Shown here in pieces: positions 7,847 to 19,511 of a DNA stretch of 64,000 nt. Source of the DNA: Candidatus Latescibacterota bacterium. GTDB lineage: Bacteria; Latescibacterota; UBA2968; UBA8231. Made by a program: the position numbers and the translations under genes. The stretch lies in the NCBI GenBank assembly GCA_965221775.1, contig CBDCSU010000006.1, forward strand, positions 480,001-544,000, written 5' to 3'. The notes under the pieces were generated by a model. That model saw nothing but the letters and a program-made list of their open reading frames with translations. It was not told the origin of the DNA and made no database searches. The first letter of the stretch is position 1. Each line of letters begins with the position of its first letter.

Positions 7847-10270
7847 TTGCGCTCCGTGAGAGAGAATCCAACCGGGGTCCGGGCGGTGTGCGAAGGGCGG
7901 GGGCGGCGGCGCCTCCACGGCCTCGCCCGCGGGTGCGCGGCCCTGATCTTCTGGCAGGTGCAGGGGGCCCCGTCCCTGCATGCCGACCCCCTCCCGCCGC
8001 AGGAGCACGCGGTCCGGCGTTTCGCCGCCCGGCAGATGGAGCGGCTGCAGTCCCCCGGCGCCGAGGTCGCCCGCTGGCCGAAGCTCTCCCGCTATTTCGC
8101 CGCCTATCCCCTGCCCACGGAGGAAGCCGAGGCCGGGCGCCTCCTGGGGACGGCGCGGCGCATCCTCCGGGCCTTCGCCGCGCGGCTCCACGGGGCCGCC
8201 CTGGAGCAGGCCCGGCGGGCGGGATCGTCCGCCGCCGGCGCCGACCACGTCACCATGGCCCTGGACGAGCTGCTGCCGAGCGCCGGGACGCCCTACAAGA
8301 CCCGCGTGTTCTTCCCCGAGGCCCCGCCCGACCGGCAGGTGCCGGTGGAGGTCATCGACCTCGAAGCGTTCCAGGACACCCCCATCACCTGGCGCGCCCT
8401 GGCCGATCTCACCCTGCCTCCGGACGAGGGTTCCCTGGCCGACGAGGAGGCCGTGCGCCGCTTCGCCGACGGCGTCGGCGCCTACGGGCTGCTCCTGTTC
8501 CGGCTGGGGGCGGCCAGCGCCCGCGGGGAGCACGCCCCCAACCTGGCCAGCCCGCACCTACGCAAGGCGCAGAGGGAGATCTCGCGGCGGCGGCTGGAGT
8601 CGGAGTCACCCCCTCCGGCCGCGGCTACCGGCGCCGGGGACCCGCTCACCGGGGAGACCCCCTTCACCGACGTGACCGCCGCCAGCGGCATCGACTTCCG
8701 CCACGTGAGCAGCGACTGGATCTCGCGCTTCCGGCGCTACGGGCCCCAGGCGCCCACCTTCAGCGGCGGCGGCGTCACCGCCGGCGACCTCGACGGCGAC
8801 GGCTGGCCCGACCTCGTCTACTGCGGCGGCGAGGGCTGCTCCGCCTTCGGCAACCGCGGGGACGGGAGCTTCGAGGACCTCGGCGAGGGGCAGCTGACCG
8901 TCCCCGGCGAGGCCCGCATGTCCCTGGCCGCCGACCTCGACAACGACGGCGACCCCGATCTCTTCGTCACCTACGCCCGCGACACGAACCGTCTCTTCCG
9001 CAACCGCGGCGGCGGCCGCTTCGACGACGTCACCGCCGCCTCCGGCCTCGAGCGGCCCGGCGACATCAGCGGCCCTGCCATCGCCTTCGACTACGACAAC
9101 GACGGCCGCCTCGACCTCTACGTGGGCAACTTCGGCGACTATCTCGCGGGCGCCTCGCCGTGGGTCGTCGCCGATCCCCGCAACGCCCTTCCCAACCGCC
9201 TCTACCGCAACCTCGGGGAGCTGCGCTTCGAGGACGTCACCGGCCGCGCCGGCGCCGGCGACACGGGCTGGACCCAGGCCGTCTCCCACCTCGACTACAA
9301 CCACGACGGCTACCAGGACATCTACGTGGCCAACGACTTCGGCTCCAACGAGCTGCTGGAGAACCAGGGCGACGGCACCTTCCTGGCGCGGGGGGAGGAG
9401 ACGGGCACCCGGGACCGCTTCCACGGCATGAACGTCGCCTTCGCCGATCTCAACGGCGACGACCACGCCGACATCCTGGTGAGCAACATCTGGGGCTGGT
9501 CCCCCACGACGCGGGCCCCCGGGGAGACCAACAGCCTCTTCCTCTCCGACCCGCGGGCCGACGGCGGCGTCCGCTACCGCCGCGACCTCGACTCGATCCC
9601 CGGGATGTTGCGGCGCGACACCGGCTGGGCCTGGGCGGCCCTGTTCTTCGACCTGGAGAACGACGGCGACGACGACCTCTTCCTCCTGAACGGGCTCACC
9701 GACTACAGCACGGCCCGCCAGTTCCGCCCCCATCCCTCGAAGCCCGGCGCCCTCTACCCGGTGTCGAACAGCCGCGAGGCGAACCTGCTCTTCGTCAGCG
9801 AGGGGGGGCGTCTTGAGGTCCCTCCCGGGCCCAGCGGCGCCGAGCTGGGGCGGCACAACTCCCGGGCCCTGGCCCTGCTCGACCACGACCGCGACGGCGA
9901 TCTCGACATGGCGGTGAGCACCTTCCACGGCGAGGGGCGGCTGTTCCGCAACGACGCCGCGACAGGGTCCAACCACTGGCTGCGGGTCGAGCTGGTGGGC
10001 GATCCCGCCCGGGGCGCCAGCCTCGACGCCGTCGGCGCCCGGGTCATCGCCCGTCCCGCGGGAGGCGCCCCGGTCTGGCGCGTCGTCACCGGCGGCGAGG
10101 GCTACCTGGGGATGAGCACCCTGCCCGTGGACATCGGTCTCGGCGAGGCGGAAGCCGCCGACCTGGAGATCCTGTGGCCGGGGAGGCAGCCGCAGCGCCT
10201 GGAGGGGGTCGCCGCGGACCAGGCGATCCGCGTGCGCCAGGGCGCCCCCGGGTTCGAGCGGCTCCACTGA
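7847..10270 (+). CDS. CRTAC1-like FG-GAP repeat / ASPIC-UnbV protein with an unassigned N-terminal region
   Basis: Multiple D(L/Y)DxDGxxDL repeats, NRLFRNRG motifs, C-terminal NHWLRVELVG...AVGARV...LEILWP; start uncertain (7847 or GTG 7856). Confidence 0.85.
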   Translation: MRSVRENPTGVRAVCEGRGRRRLHGLARGCAALIFWQVQGAPSLHADPLPPQEHAVRRFAARQMERLQSPGAEVARWPKLSRYFAAYPLPTEEAEAGRLLGTARRILRAFAARLHGAALEQARRAGSSAAGADHVTMALDELLPSAGTPYKTRVFFPEAPPDRQVPVEVIDLEAFQDTPITWRALADLTLPPDEGSLADEEAVRRFADGVGAYGLLLFRLGAASARGEHAPNLASPHLRKAQREISRRRLESESPPPAAATGAGDPLTGETPFTDVTAASGIDFRHVSSDWISRFRRYGPQAPTFSGGGVTAGDLDGDGWPDLVYCGGEGCSAFGNRGDGSFEDLGEGQLTVPGEARMSLAADLDNDGDPDLFVTYARDTNRLFRNRGGGRFDDVTAASGLERPGDISGPAIAFDYDNDGRLDLYVGNFGDYLAGASPWVVADPRNALPNRLYRNLGELRFEDVTGRAGAGDTGWTQAVSHLDYNHDGYQDIYVANDFGSNELLENQGDGTFLARGEETGTRDRFHGMNVAFADLNGDDHADILVSNIWGWSPTTRAPGETNSLFLSDPRADGGVRYRRDLDSIPGMLRRDTGWAWAALFFDLENDGDDDLFLLNGLTDYSTARQFRPHPSKPGALYPVSNSREANLLFVSEGGRLEVPPGPSGAELGRHNSRALALLDHDRDGDLDMAVSTFHGEGRLFRNDAATGSNHWLRVELVGDPARGASLDAVGARVIARPAGGAPVWRVVTGGEGYLGMSTLPVDIGLGEAEAADLEILWPGRQPQRLEGVAADQAIRVRQGAPGFERLH

Positions 10271-10285
10271 TCCGATGACTCTCCG

Positions 10286-13717
<3,432 letters not shown>

Positions 13718-13719
13718 AG

Positions 13720-15711
13720 GTGGATCTGCGGCAGCGGCTGGAGTCGGTCTCGCCGGCGAGCTGGGCTCGGCCGCTCCTGTTCTGGGCCCTGGCCCTGCTC
13801 TACCTCCGCTGGGTCATCGACCCGCGGGTGCTCTTCGACGCCTTCGGATTCATCATTCCCGTCCCCACTCCCGGCGCCGCTCTCCTCGAGTTCCCGGGCC
13901 ATCCGGGGGACTTCGCCAGGGGCCTGGGGGTCGTGGCGTCGGAGATGTACCAGTCGCCCTGGTGGGGCGCCCGCAACATCGCGGGGACCGCCTTCGCGCT
14001 CTGGCTCGGGACGCGGGTCCTCATGCGCCTGGCCGCCGGCAACGGCCCCGGCCTGGCGGCCTGCCTCCCCCCCGTCCTGCTGCTGGCCGCCTTCACCGCC
14101 TTCGAGCACCCTCTCGCCCGCTACGACGACTACCAGGGACCCCAGACCTCTTCCCTGGCCCTGGCCCTGGGCCTCTGGCACGCCGTCCTCTACGCCGCCG
14201 CGGGGGCGCGGTTCGGGCCGCGCATCCGGCTGGCCGCCTTCCCCCTGCTCTGCTTCTCCGCCCACTGGCTCGCCGGCGGCGCGGTCCTGGTGCTGGCGGC
14301 GCTGGCCGCGCTCGTCGAGGCTGCGGCCCGGCGCTGGCTGGCGGCGGCGGTCTGCTTGGCGGCCGGGGCCGCCCTGCCCTGGGCCCTGACCTTGCACCTG
14401 TACGACCTGATCCCCGGCGACGGCATGACCCGCCTGTTGCCGCTGAGCTACTGGACCCGCCCCGGGGCCTACGGATTCGCCACGGCCATGTGGCTGTCGG
14501 TGCCCGCGGCGGTGGCGGTGGCCGTCGTGTGGAGCCGGCTGGGGGCCGCAGACGGTGAGGGGACCGGTCTCGCCGCCGGGTGGACCGCCCGCGTGCGGAC
14601 GGTCCTGCGGCCGGCTGGAGGCGTTGCGGAGAGCCGATTCGGTGGCGAGGGAGCCAAGGCGGTACGGAAGGGCCGGGAGCAAGTGGAAGGCGGTTCCGGG
14701 AGCATCGCCCGGGGGTGGTTGCCCCCACCCATTCGGGCGGTCGTGCGCATGACCGCCCCCGTGCTCCTGGCCGGGGCGGGGATCGCCCTCTCCTGGGACG
14801 GCCCGCGGCGGGACTTCTTCGAGGCCGCCCACTTCTCGCGGCGGGAGATGTGGGCGGAGCTGCTGGACACGGTGCGGCTCCGGCCCGGGGCGTTCGAGCA
14901 CCCCCTCCTGCAGCGCGAGGCCCTGCGCGCCCTCTACCACACCGGCCGCCTGGGGGACGACCTGTTCTCGCTGCCGGTCTCGGCGGCGGCGGCGCCCGTG
15001 CCCTGGCTGTCGCTGCCGCGGGACCGGGACCCGCAGTTGTGGGACCACGCCCAGATCGGCCGCCTCGCCCTCGACCTGGGGGACGTCAACCGGGCCGAGC
15101 ACTTCCATCACGAGCTGCTCGAAGGCGCCGGGGAGCATCCCGCCGTGCTCCGACAGCTCGCCCTGGTCAACCTCGCGAAGGGCCGGCCCGAGACGGCCGG
15201 CGTCTTCCTGAACGCCCTGGGCCCCGCCCGGCGCGGGGATCCCGAAGCCGTGGAGGAGCGGGTCCGCTATCTGCAGTCGGTCATGTTCCTCGAAGACGAC
15301 GTCTCCTTCATCGAGGACGCGCCGCCGCGGGCGGAGTCGACGGCGACCCTGGAGGCCCTGCTGGAGCGCAACCCCGCGAACCGCATGGCCTTCGAGTACC
15401 TCATGACCCGCTACCTGATCAGCGGCCGGGCCGGGGAGGTGTCGCGCAACATGTGGCGATTGAGCGGACTCGGCTATCGGCGGATCCCCCGCCACTACGA
15501 GGAGGCGATCGTCGTTCACGAGTTCACCACGGGGGAGCGGGTCGAGGTCCCCGGCCTGCGGGTCAGCGACGAGACCCGGCAGCGCTTCGAGGCCTTCAAG
15601 ACGGCGGCCCGGAGCCTGCGCTCGGACCAGCGGCAGGCGCGGGAGCGGCTGGCGCCGGAGTTCGGAGACGGTTTCTTCTACTACCGGACCTTCGGCCAAT
15701 CCGGAGCGTAG
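13720..15711 (+). CDS. DUF6057-like polytopic membrane protein with C-terminal helical/TPR-like domain
   Basis: GTG 2 nt after the upstream stop; several TM segments; NPANRMAFEYLM, IPRHYEEA and terminal FFYYRTF recalled as typical of DUF6057. Confidence 0.7.
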   Translation: MDLRQRLESVSPASWARPLLFWALALLYLRWVIDPRVLFDAFGFIIPVPTPGAALLEFPGHPGDFARGLGVVASEMYQSPWWGARNIAGTAFALWLGTRVLMRLAAGNGPGLAACLPPVLLLAAFTAFEHPLARYDDYQGPQTSSLALALGLWHAVLYAAAGARFGPRIRLAAFPLLCFSAHWLAGGAVLVLAALAALVEAAARRWLAAAVCLAAGAALPWALTLHLYDLIPGDGMTRLLPLSYWTRPGAYGFATAMWLSVPAAVAVAVVWSRLGAADGEGTGLAAGWTARVRTVLRPAGGVAESRFGGEGAKAVRKGREQVEGGSGSIARGWLPPPIRAVVRMTAPVLLAGAGIALSWDGPRRDFFEAAHFSRREMWAELLDTVRLRPGAFEHPLLQREALRALYHTGRLGDDLFSLPVSAAAAPVPWLSLPRDRDPQLWDHAQIGRLALDLGDVNRAEHFHHELLEGAGEHPAVLRQLALVNLAKGRPETAGVFLNALGPARRGDPEAVEERVRYLQSVMFLEDDVSFIEDAPPRAESTATLEALLERNPANRMAFEYLMTRYLISGRAGEVSRNMWRLSGLGYRRIPRHYEEAIVVHEFTTGERVEVPGLRVSDETRQRFEAFKTAARSLRSDQRQARERLAPEFGDGFFYYRTFGQSGA

Positions 15712-15713
15712 CC

Positions 15714-17288
15714 ATGGGCTTGAAATGGATCGGTCTCCTGGTGGCGTTGACCCTGGCCGCCGCCCTCGCCGTGGGCTGGCCGGCGGCCTCCGGCGGCGGC
15801 ACGGAGTTTCCCTCGGATCACCGCGAGGTGGATCGGCCGCCGCGCATCCGGCCCGACTACGCGGGCACGGTCATCCCCGCCAACATCTGCCCCCTCAACT
15901 TCTCCGTGCAGGAGCCGGGAGAGCGTTACCTCGCGCGCATCTCCGGCGCCCGCGGCAAGGCGATCGAGGTCTCCTCGTCGAGCCCGGAGGTGGACATCCC
16001 GCGGGCGGCGTGGCGGGAGCTTCTGCACGCCAACCGCGGTGGAGAGCTGCTCGTCGATCTCTTCGTCGAGGACGCGGAGGGCGGATGGACCCGCTACGGG
16101 CGGATCACCAACCGCGTCGCCGAGGCGCCGATCGACGGCCACCTCGTGTACCGCAAGCTCAACCCGAACTACAACTTCTGGTCCGACATCGGCATCTATC
16201 AGCGCGACCTGTCCGGGTGGGAGGAGTCCGTCGTCCTCCACGGCCGCTCCATGGGGACGGGCTGCGTCAACTGCCACACCTTCAACCACGGCGACCCCCG
16301 CCGGATGTTCATCGGCATCCGCGGCGGCAGCTTCGACTCCGGGACCCTGCTGGCCGACGGCGGCCGGATCGACAAGATCGGCACCAGCTGGGGCTACATG
16401 ACCTGGCATCCCAGCGGCCTGCTGACGGTGCAGGCGATGATCAAGGTGAGGCAGTTCTTCCACCGGGGCGGCGACGAGGTGCGGGACGTGATCGACCTCG
16501 ACGCCGGCCTGGTCGCCTACGACCTGCGCACGCAGAGCCTCAAGACGGCGCCCGGCCTGTCCGACGACAATCGCCTGGAGACCTATCCCACCTGGTCCCC
16601 CGACGGACGCCACCTCTACTTCTGCAGCGCGCCCATCCTGTGGGAGGACCGGGACCGCATGGTCCCCGAGGCCTGGGACGAGGTGCGTTACGACCTGCGG
16701 CGGATCGCCTACGACATCGAGACCGACGAGTGGGGCGAGCCGGAGACGGTCCTCTCCGCCGAGGAGACGGGGCGGAGCCTGCTGCTGCCGCGGGTCTCGC
16801 CGGACGGGCGGTTCCTGCTGTTCTGCATGACCGACTACGGCTGCTTCCCCATCTTTCAGCCGAGCTCCGACCTGCACATGATGGACCTGCGCACCGGCGA
16901 GCACCGGCGGCTGGCCATCAACAGCGAGCGCGCCGAGTCGTGGCACGCCTGGTCGACCAACGGCGCCTGGATCGCCTTCAGCAGCAAGCGCCGCGACGGG
17001 CTGTTCACGCGCATCTACATCAGCCACGTGGACGAGCACGGCCGGGCGCACAAGCCCTTCCTCCTGCCCCAGAGGGACCCCTTGCTCTACGACGCCCATC
17101 TGAAGACCTACAGCGTACCCGAGTTCACCACCGGTCCCGTGGAGATCAGCCAGGCCGCCCTCGCCGCCGCCGCCCGGGGCCCGGCCACCATCGACCCGGT
17201 CAGCCCCGTCACCTTCGATTCCACGCCGACGAAGGGTGCCATGCTCACCGGCGGCCCCGTGGGACACGCCTCGGTGGGGCGGCGATGA
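15714..17288 (+). CDS. TolB-like PD40 beta-propeller protein with a single CxxCH motif
   Basis: Signal peptide; PDYAGTVIPANICPLNF; CVNCH; repeats PTWSPDG, PRVSPDG, HAWSTNG...FSSKRRDG. Confidence 0.8.
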   Translation: MGLKWIGLLVALTLAAALAVGWPAASGGGTEFPSDHREVDRPPRIRPDYAGTVIPANICPLNFSVQEPGERYLARISGARGKAIEVSSSSPEVDIPRAAWRELLHANRGGELLVDLFVEDAEGGWTRYGRITNRVAEAPIDGHLVYRKLNPNYNFWSDIGIYQRDLSGWEESVVLHGRSMGTGCVNCHTFNHGDPRRMFIGIRGGSFDSGTLLADGGRIDKIGTSWGYMTWHPSGLLTVQAMIKVRQFFHRGGDEVRDVIDLDAGLVAYDLRTQSLKTAPGLSDDNRLETYPTWSPDGRHLYFCSAPILWEDRDRMVPEAWDEVRYDLRRIAYDIETDEWGEPETVLSAEETGRSLLLPRVSPDGRFLLFCMTDYGCFPIFQPSSDLHMMDLRTGEHRRLAINSERAESWHAWSTNGAWIAFSSKRRDGLFTRIYISHVDEHGRAHKPFLLPQRDPLLYDAHLKTYSVPEFTTGPVEISQAALAAAARGPATIDPVSPVTFDSTPTKGAMLTGGPVGHASVGRR

Positions 17289-18673
17289 GCGGGCGGAACG
17301 GTTCCCGGGGCCTGAGCCGCCGCGCCGTCCTCAAGGGCGGCCTCTACGGCAGCCTCGCCGCGGGACTGGCGCCCTCCCTGCTGCTGGGCGGCTGCAGCCG
17401 CCGGAGCCGGCGGCCTCACGTCATCCTCATCACCCTCGACACGACCCGCGCCGACCACCTCTCCTGCTACGGCTATGCCCGGCACACGAGCCCCCATCTC
17501 GACCGGGTGGCGGCCGAGTCCGTCCTCTACGAGCGGGCGACCGCGCCGTCGAGCTGGACCCTGCCCTCCCACGCCGCCCTGTTCACCGGCAAGTTCACCG
17601 CCTCCCACGGCGCCCGCTACGACCCCGAGGGCCCCCTGCGCCTCGACCGCGCCATCGACGCGCCCGCCTCGTGGGAGGTCTTCCGGGCGCGCGGCCTGGC
17701 CCCGGATGAGACGACCTTGGCGCAGCTCCTGCGGCAGGCCGGGTACGCCACCGGCGCCGTCCTCGGCGGCCCCTGGATGAAGAAGATCTTCGGCCTCAAC
17801 AAGGGCTTCGACCACTACGACGACTCCTCCATCAGCTCGATCTCCGGCCGCCTGGCGCCGGAGATCACCCGCGGCGCCCTGCGCTGGCTCGATGGCCGGG
17901 AACAGGAGCCGCTCTTCCTCTTCCTCAACTACTACGACCCCCACAGCCCCTACATGCCGCCCGAGCGCTTCGCCTGGACCTTCGTGCCCTCGGGGCCCGA
18001 CCTGCGCGGCCGCAAGGTCACCCTCGAGGAACGGGTGGCCCTGTACGACGGCGAGATCCTCTACATGGACCGCTACATCGGCCGCCTCTTCAAGGAGTTG
18101 AAGGCCCGCGGCCTCTACGACAACGCCCTCATCCTGGTCACCGCCGACCACGGCGAGCTCCTCGGCGAGCACGGCCGCTTCGGCCACGGCAACTACCTCC
18201 ACCAGGAGGAGATCCACGTCCCCCTCTTCGTCAAGTACCCCGCCGGTGAGGTCGCGCCGGCGCGCACCGACGCCCCCATGCAGCTCGTCGACGTGATGGC
18301 CCTCCTCTTCGAGCGCCTGGAGCTGCCTCGGCCCGACGGCGTCCAGGCGGGGCTGCCCCCCGACATCGGGCACCCGGTGGCGGCGGAAGCCTACCCCCTG
18401 CCCGTGCTCAGCTCCGACGGCCACTGGCGGGCCCTGCTGGAGGGGCGCCGCAAGCTGCTCTGGAACAGCCTGGGGAACCACCAGCTCTTCGACCTGGAGA
18501 AGGACCCCGGGGAGAAGGAGAACCTCTTCGCTTCTCAGCCGCGGAGGGCGGAGGCGATGATGGGGCGGCTGAAGGGCTTTGTGGAGGGGCTGCCGGCGCC
18601 GGGTCCCGCGGGGCCGGGGGGGCGGGTCGACGAGGAGACGGGGAAGGCGCTGGAGAGTCTGGGGTATCTGTAG
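17285..18673 (+). CDS. Sulfatase-like hydrolase, probable Tat-exported lipoprotein
   Basis: SRRAVLK twin-arginine, LGGC lipobox; LITLDTTRADHL, WTLPSHAALFTG, YYDPHSPY, TADHGE, HG; terminal LESLGYL. Confidence 0.85.
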   Translation: MSGRNGSRGLSRRAVLKGGLYGSLAAGLAPSLLLGGCSRRSRRPHVILITLDTTRADHLSCYGYARHTSPHLDRVAAESVLYERATAPSSWTLPSHAALFTGKFTASHGARYDPEGPLRLDRAIDAPASWEVFRARGLAPDETTLAQLLRQAGYATGAVLGGPWMKKIFGLNKGFDHYDDSSISSISGRLAPEITRGALRWLDGREQEPLFLFLNYYDPHSPYMPPERFAWTFVPSGPDLRGRKVTLEERVALYDGEILYMDRYIGRLFKELKARGLYDNALILVTADHGELLGEHGRFGHGNYLHQEEIHVPLFVKYPAGEVAPARTDAPMQLVDVMALLFERLELPRPDGVQAGLPPDIGHPVAAEAYPLPVLSSDGHWRALLEGRRKLLWNSLGNHQLFDLEKDPGEKENLFASQPRRAEAMMGRLKGFVEGLPAPGPAGPGGRVDEETGKALESLGYL

Positions 18674-18699
18674 GTCCGGGCGGCAGCCGGCCCCTCCCG

Positions 18700-18728
18700 T
18701 TGACAACCGCCCCCGGCCGCCTTACCGT
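18700..18728 (+). promoter_or_regulatory. Putative sigma70 promoter
   Basis: TTGACA (18700-18705), 17 nt, TACCGT (18723-18728) upstream of the lipoprotein gene. Confidence 0.55.
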
Positions 18729-18760
18729 GGGCGCAGGTCCTTCCCCCGCAAAAGGATGGG

Positions 18761-19495
18761 GTGATCATGAGAACTCCCGTGCTCGGCTTTCTGCTGCTCT
18801 GCCTGGCCTCCGGCTGCGGCTACCACCACTACGCCGGCCCCCTGGAGCCCACCGGCGAGCAGGGCTCCTCCCTCGACGTGGCCGACGACGGCAGCGTCAC
18901 CTACGCCAAGGGCCGGCTGGAGGTGGTGATACGCCCCCTGAGCGCCGAGGAGCTCAACCGCCAGTTCGCCGCCCACTCGCGGGCGGGCGCCAAGTCGACC
19001 AACCCCTACACCTTCGGCGACACCGAGTTCTTCGTCGGCCGCAAGGACCGCCAGCGGTTCACCGTCTTCAACCTGTCGATCCGCAACTACGAGTACCCCA
19101 AGGTCCTCATCGAGCCGGAGCGGGTGCGGATGGTCGCCGGCAACGGGCGCCACTACTGGAGCCTGAACGTCGAGCAGCTGGAGAACTACTACCGGGTCTA
19201 CGCCGTCGGCTACCGGGGCAACGACTACAAGCGCTACCGGATGCGTATCGATGTGATGATGAACTCCATGGCGCAGCCGAAACCGGTCTTCAACGGCCAG
19301 GAGACGGAGGGCTTCGTCGTCTTCCCCGCCCTGCACGCCGACGTGAGCGAGGTGGAGGTCGTCATCGACGATGCCATGCTGCGCTTCGACTACCGCGACG
19401 AGCCGGTGGAGACGGTGGACATCTCCTACCGCTTCCGGCGCGACGTGGGCCGCCGCCATCACGACGGCAACATCGAGCTCACCGCCCTGAACTGA
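18761..19495 (+). CDS. Hypothetical lipoprotein
   Basis: Lipobox LASGC after a hydrophobic core; host-like codon usage; start may be ATG 18767. Confidence 0.75.
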   Translation: MIMRTPVLGFLLLCLASGCGYHHYAGPLEPTGEQGSSLDVADDGSVTYAKGRLEVVIRPLSAEELNRQFAAHSRAGAKSTNPYTFGDTEFFVGRKDRQRFTVFNLSIRNYEYPKVLIEPERVRMVAGNGRHYWSLNVEQLENYYRVYAVGYRGNDYKRYRMRIDVMMNSMAQPKPVFNGQETEGFVVFPALHADVSEVEVVIDDAMLRFDYRDEPVETVDISYRFRRDVGRRHHDGNIELTALN

Positions 19496-19511
19496 CCCCG
19501 GCGGGGCCCGC

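Noticed and set aside
18601-18626. G-quadruplex-like run near the sulfatase 3' end
   Set aside because: Encodes a Gly/Pro linker; such runs are expected by chance at this GC content.
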